From positions 23,994,001 through 24,058,000 of the forward strand of contig JBHGNT010000002.1 of the NCBI GenBank assembly GCA_043228905.1: a stretch of 64,000 bases of DNA, written 5' to 3'. The position numbers and the translations under genes were made by a program. Under the pieces are notes generated by a model. That model had not been told where the DNA came from. It ran no database searches and was given only the letters and a program-made list of their open reading frames with translations. Positions within the stretch are counted from its first letter, which is position 1; every line of letters begins with the position of its first letter. Of the stretch, positions 60,179 to 64,000 are shown piece after piece. Source of the stretch: Azolla caroliniana. Taxonomy: Eukaryota > Plantae > Polypodiophyta.

Positions 60179-60799
60179 TGTTGGGATTACGGTCCCTTCG
60201 GATGGGATGGTCGGATGTCGGAGATGAATGCCGACGAGCCCGGTTTCGGTTTCGGATCCGGATGACGAAGACCCCGGCTTCGGTGCCGGATGACGAATGT
60301 ACCCGGAGAGCAATCCGGATGCAGGGACATATCCGTGAATATGTTCGTTATGGGCCCCTGAGGCTATAGTTGTAAATAGCCCTAAAGTCATATATGTATA
60401 AATATGACTTAGGGCAAATAGTTTTTGTGTTGCTTCTCATTTTTCTGTTTTTCCACTTTAGAGGAGTGAAGAGAGAGCAGCCGAGAGAGAGAGAGAAAGA
60501 GAGAGAGCGCGAGAGAGAAAGAGGTAGACGCCTCTGTGTATTTCCGCCGCCTGTGGCGAGGACAGCGAGCTCAAGGTCGTCGCCTTGGAGCTCGTCATTG
60601 TATACTTCTCTGTATAGTGTTGTTTGGAGTCTTGTACTCCCGTGGTTTTTCCCCGTTTAGGGTTTTCCACGTTAATCCTTGTGTACTCGCGTTTCTTCGT
60701 TTTGTTTCTACGTGTGTTTCCTATTTTCTGCTCCATTGATCCGCGATTAATCGGTTGTGGCCGAGATAAGAAGGTGAATAGAAGCGTCAATTCTCAACA
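60179..60799 (+). repeat. 3' LTR of copia B
   Basis: Near-identical to 55442-56062. Confidence 0.97.
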
Positions 60800-60804
60800 G
60801 AAGT

Positions 60805-62435
60805 GCTGGTCAATCTCGACGTCGCCAATCTTGACTCGCACGTTCGGGTAGGCCCCGTGCAGTTCCTCGGTGGCGCGCGTCGCCGCCCGTATCTTCCACC
60901 CGTGCTTGGTGTTGATCGGCCACTTTCCCTTCTTATAGAAGTCCATGGACATCAGGTTTATTTCCGAACCGTGGTCCACCAATGCCACCACCGGTTCCTG
61001 AACATCTCCGATCTTTACCGGGGTCTCCGTGGTCGCTCGGGCCCAGTGCGGCCTTGAATAGTGGCTCTCCGCCCACTCATCTTCCAGCGCCATGTCGTCG
61101 ATGTGCGTCGTCCGCACCTCCACCGGTCTTTCCGGTTCCGTCTCTGTCGACAGCCTCTTCCGTTTCAGCAGGTCCACAATGGAGTCGTGGAACTCCTTGG
61201 CGATCCCTAGCACCTCTCGCAATGACAGCTCCACTTTGCTGTCGAGGATCCGTTCTTCTAGGACCTTTCGTAGGTCCATAGTGCTTTCTATTTCCGTCCC
61301 CAGTCGGTATCCTCCCTTCCTGGGATGATCTTGCGAGCTGGACCCACCGGCATCGTTCCGTCGTTGCCCGAATCGGGCCTCGTACCGTTGTGAGGGCCCG
61401 GCCGCTCCGGCTTTCCCCACTCATTTGTCTTCTACCAGAGCCTCGTAGTTCCGGCAGGCGGCTTCTACGAAGCCCGTCTTCTCCTCGACCGGATCGCTCC
61501 ACCCGGTTATTTCCCGGACCCGTCTCTCAACGCAGTCCGTTTCATCTTTCCTTAGCCGTCCGCCGGCAAGACCTTCCAGCATTGCCGACCAGAATCCGTC
61601 TTTGCCCTCCTTTCGGGCCTCGCTGCCCCCGACCCGAATGCCGGCCGACGCCGAGTAGTGGATGGCCTCCTCGTGTCGGGACGCTACCTCTTCCATCAGT
61701 CTCTTCATTCCTCCTTGCCTGTCGTTTCGGTTTAGGGCCCTTCTGGTGTCGCCGGTGTGCACCCGGCCTTCCCACAGGTACACCACCCGGTTCCTCAACA
61801 CTTCTGCGAAATCGCCGCAGTCCTTCCGGATGTGGCCGACCTCGTCGCACCACATGCACCTGTTCCCTGCTACCGGCCGTCGGTCACGAGCCGGTTCGCC
61901 GCCTTCCCTTCGAGTCTGGGCGATCTGGAGATCCTTTATCACCCGCGTAAACCCCTCCAGCGTTGCTCCTCCGGACGAGCCACTGACCATGCCGGTCGAA
62001 GCCGGACCGGTTTCGAGCCATTCCCGGGTTTCTTCCCTTCGCCCTTGCGGTGCCGGTTCAAGCCTCCTTGCTGTGACAGAGCCCGCACCAGCCGCCTCGT
62101 TGTCAGCCCATTCTCGTCGTTTGTCGAAACGGCCACAGACTCTCTTAACCGCAGCCCAGTCGGTCGTCAGGCCGTCTTCGGTTTCCAGTAAGGAGCCGAC
62201 TTCATCCCGGTCCCGCTCGTCCACTGACTTGACGAACAGTAGGACCCGGCTCGTATCCAGAACGGTTCGGTCAAGCGTCGAAAGGCGCGCAAAGCGTTCT
62301 TCGAACTCCCGGAGGAGTGCCGACGCGTTTCTTCCCTTGCCGGGGGACTCCACCCATTCCATGAAGTCCCGTTTCGAAAGCCGGAGCGCGTCTTCTAGCC
62401 CATATTTCTCTAGGAGTCGGCCTTCGAACTCCTCC
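60805..62435 (-). pseudogene. gag-protease of element 53759-62967
   Basis: ORFs 61421-62362 and 60794-61420; the protease continues past copia B at 55436. Confidence 0.85.
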
Positions 62436-62971
62436 TAGGTACGGTTCTTCGACACAAAGACGCGAGTGGGACAGCGACACAGAGAGACACGAATGTATGT
62501 ATGTATTAACAAAGACAAAACAACAAGAAGCCCAAGGTCGGTTACAACCGAACAGGCCGGCGAACAGATGCCGATGCCTGTTCGTAAACGCGCAGAAAGG
62601 AAAGAGTAGGTTGGAGGTGCTGCCGGAAGCACTCGGGCATTCCTCAGAGTAGCGCGAGCCTCCCGAAAACATGCACAGAAAGCAGCCATGGAGTTTGCGA
62701 GCCAGAGAGAGAGAGAAGCCTTCGCCCACCAACCGACAGCACTTCGTCCTCGACTCTCCGCAATCCCTTCCTCCTCCTCGTCTCCCTCCTTTTATAGGCA
62801 AGAAGGGGGCCGTTTCCTATTAACTTCCTACCTACCGAATCTACCTACCTAGGATCTCCCATGTCCCTTATTCTCTCCTATGTACAACACAAGGCATGCG
62901 TGCATGAAGAGCCGGTTCCTATGCTCCGACGCACCGATTCCGCTTGTGGATGGTTTTCTTCACGACAACGT

Positions 62972-63886
62972 CACCATAGCGCATCCCTAACTAATACAGT
63001 TTGCACATGTGGGTGCCCAATCTGTCGATCAAGCCCGCAAGAGGAGTGTAAATCATCTGAGCACGTTATCTCTTCCATGAGTTATTTATTAGATTCAATA
63101 TTGTGTCCGAGAGAAACTGACGCTATCTTCCATATTCATAAATGTGTCATGGGTTTATGTCAAGATTGTGGCTCTACTAGATTTAGGTGGTGTCCAAATG
63201 AATTGAGTAGTGAAATATTGATCTCTGTGAAGTTCTTTGAGTCAGTGAACACCAATTTCGAAGGAAAGGTGTGTAAAAGAAAGGATCTAGTTCGGAAGAT
63301 GCTTAAACCAAGGGATTTGGTGTCTCTGTTTGTAGTATCTCTAGGAAAGTTCATTAGACACAACTTCATTTATTCATGGCAGGCCCATCAGTTTAAGACT
63401 TGCATATCTGATTTCCCAAATGATGTAGTAGTCTCAGTAGTAGATTTCGCAGAGAATTATACTTTCAAGCAGCAGAATGAAATTCAATCTATGCATTGGT
63501 GTTCAGTTCAAGTAACCATTTTTGTGCACATAACATATTTTCGAGTTTCAGGTGATGTTAAAAAAGTAATTCATTTCTTTATTTCTGATGATAAGAAGCA
63601 TGATACCTTGTTCGTCCAACACTGTTTTAAGTTACATTGGCAGTGGTTATTAGCTCAACGTTTGGAGCTTACTCAACATTGGGTATGGTCTAACGGAGCT
63701 GCGTCACAATTAAAGGCTCGACGCCCATTTTATTTTGTGGGGAGGTATCCTGCTATAACAGGTTTGGAGATGAGATGGAATTTTTTTGGGTCTGGCCATG
63801 GTAAAGGTGAACATGATGGTGCAGGGGTTGTTATAAAGCGAGCACTTACCCATGAACAACTAAAGACAGATGGTGTGCACATGTAG
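62972..63886 (+). pseudogene. Sola2-like transposase 2, catalytic region
   Basis: VVDFAENYTFKQQNEIQSMHW, SDDKKHDTLFVQHCF, WVWSNGAASQ (expected catalytic D is N), WNFFGSGHGKGEHDGAG; premature stop at 63884-63886. Confidence 0.88.
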
Positions 63887-64000
63887 TTGAATTTTTAAGA
63901 ACAAATATGTCAACGAGTGCAACATGTGTTTATTCCTCGCAAGTCCAAGATATCAAACGTGAATTTTGGGAAGTGAAGATAGATGAAGTAAATAGGGAGA

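Larger units (their letters stand above)
55442..60799 (+). mobile_element. Intact Ty1/copia retrotransposon B (Tnt1/Tork-like)
   Basis: 621-bp LTRs at 55442-56062 and 60179-60799 with one difference noticed. TSD GAAGT. PBS TGGTATCAGAGC at 56066-56077. PPT GAAGGGGGAG at 60167-60176. Confidence 0.98.
53759..62967 (-). mobile_element. Ty3/gypsy element related to the gag-only elements (Selgy/Phygy-like, tentative), internally deleted
   Basis: TSD ACGT at 53755-53758 and 62968-62971; removal restores the transposase frame NLLR-HHSAS. Partial LTRs at 53759-~53990 and ~62446-62967 share ~110 bp, with terminus CTTCACGACA. It has gag (CMWCDEVGHIRKDC), protease (LVDHGSEINLM) and integrase (AYNPEANGKVERGH). 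RT/RH is absent. Confidence 0.88.
45987..64000 (+). mobile_element. Large TIR DNA transposon 2, Sola2-like (right end outside window; carries nested LTR elements)
   Basis: The host RT frame ends abruptly at 45986. It is followed by GGGTGAAAGCATGC, which resembles the TIR of element 1 (GGGTCGAAGCAYGC). A homologous transposase lies downstream with the same intron position. Predicted TSD is AACA. Confidence 0.78.

Noticed and set aside
62861-62967. N-terminus of the 341-aa ORF as the transposase start
   Set aside because: This part is LTR sequence. The real upstream exon is at 53588-53758.

Overview
Eukaryotic, TE-dense plant-type DNA. The element and gene repertoire suggests a seed-free plant such as a fern (inference only). 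One clear host gene is present: an intronless polyphenol oxidase (18669-20300, minus) with a secretory signal peptide. Nearly all the rest is nested transposons. (i) A Ty1/copia element (40-18368) is interrupted by an 11.3-kb TIR DNA transposon (2720-14034; 26-bp TIRs starting GGG, 4-bp TSD AGGA) and by a small non-coding LTR element (14722-16594). The TIR element carries a Sola2-like DDD transposase and a convergent RING-finger gene. (ii) A chromovirus with an apparent self-priming PBS (21821-36793) holds a non-chromovirus Ty3/gypsy element (26467-35927) with a ~1000-codon 3' extra ORF and an anti-PBS where the PPT should be. (iii) A decayed chromovirus (~37730-45986) is followed by a second, diverged Sola2-like transposon (45987 to beyond the window end). 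(iv) Three related Ty3/gypsy-type elements have all inserted at ACGT with 4-bp TSDs; the two that keep a PBS match tRNA-Trp. (v) One intact, very young copia element lies at 55442-60799. Boundaries were read by eye, and family names rest on remembered motifs, not database searches.
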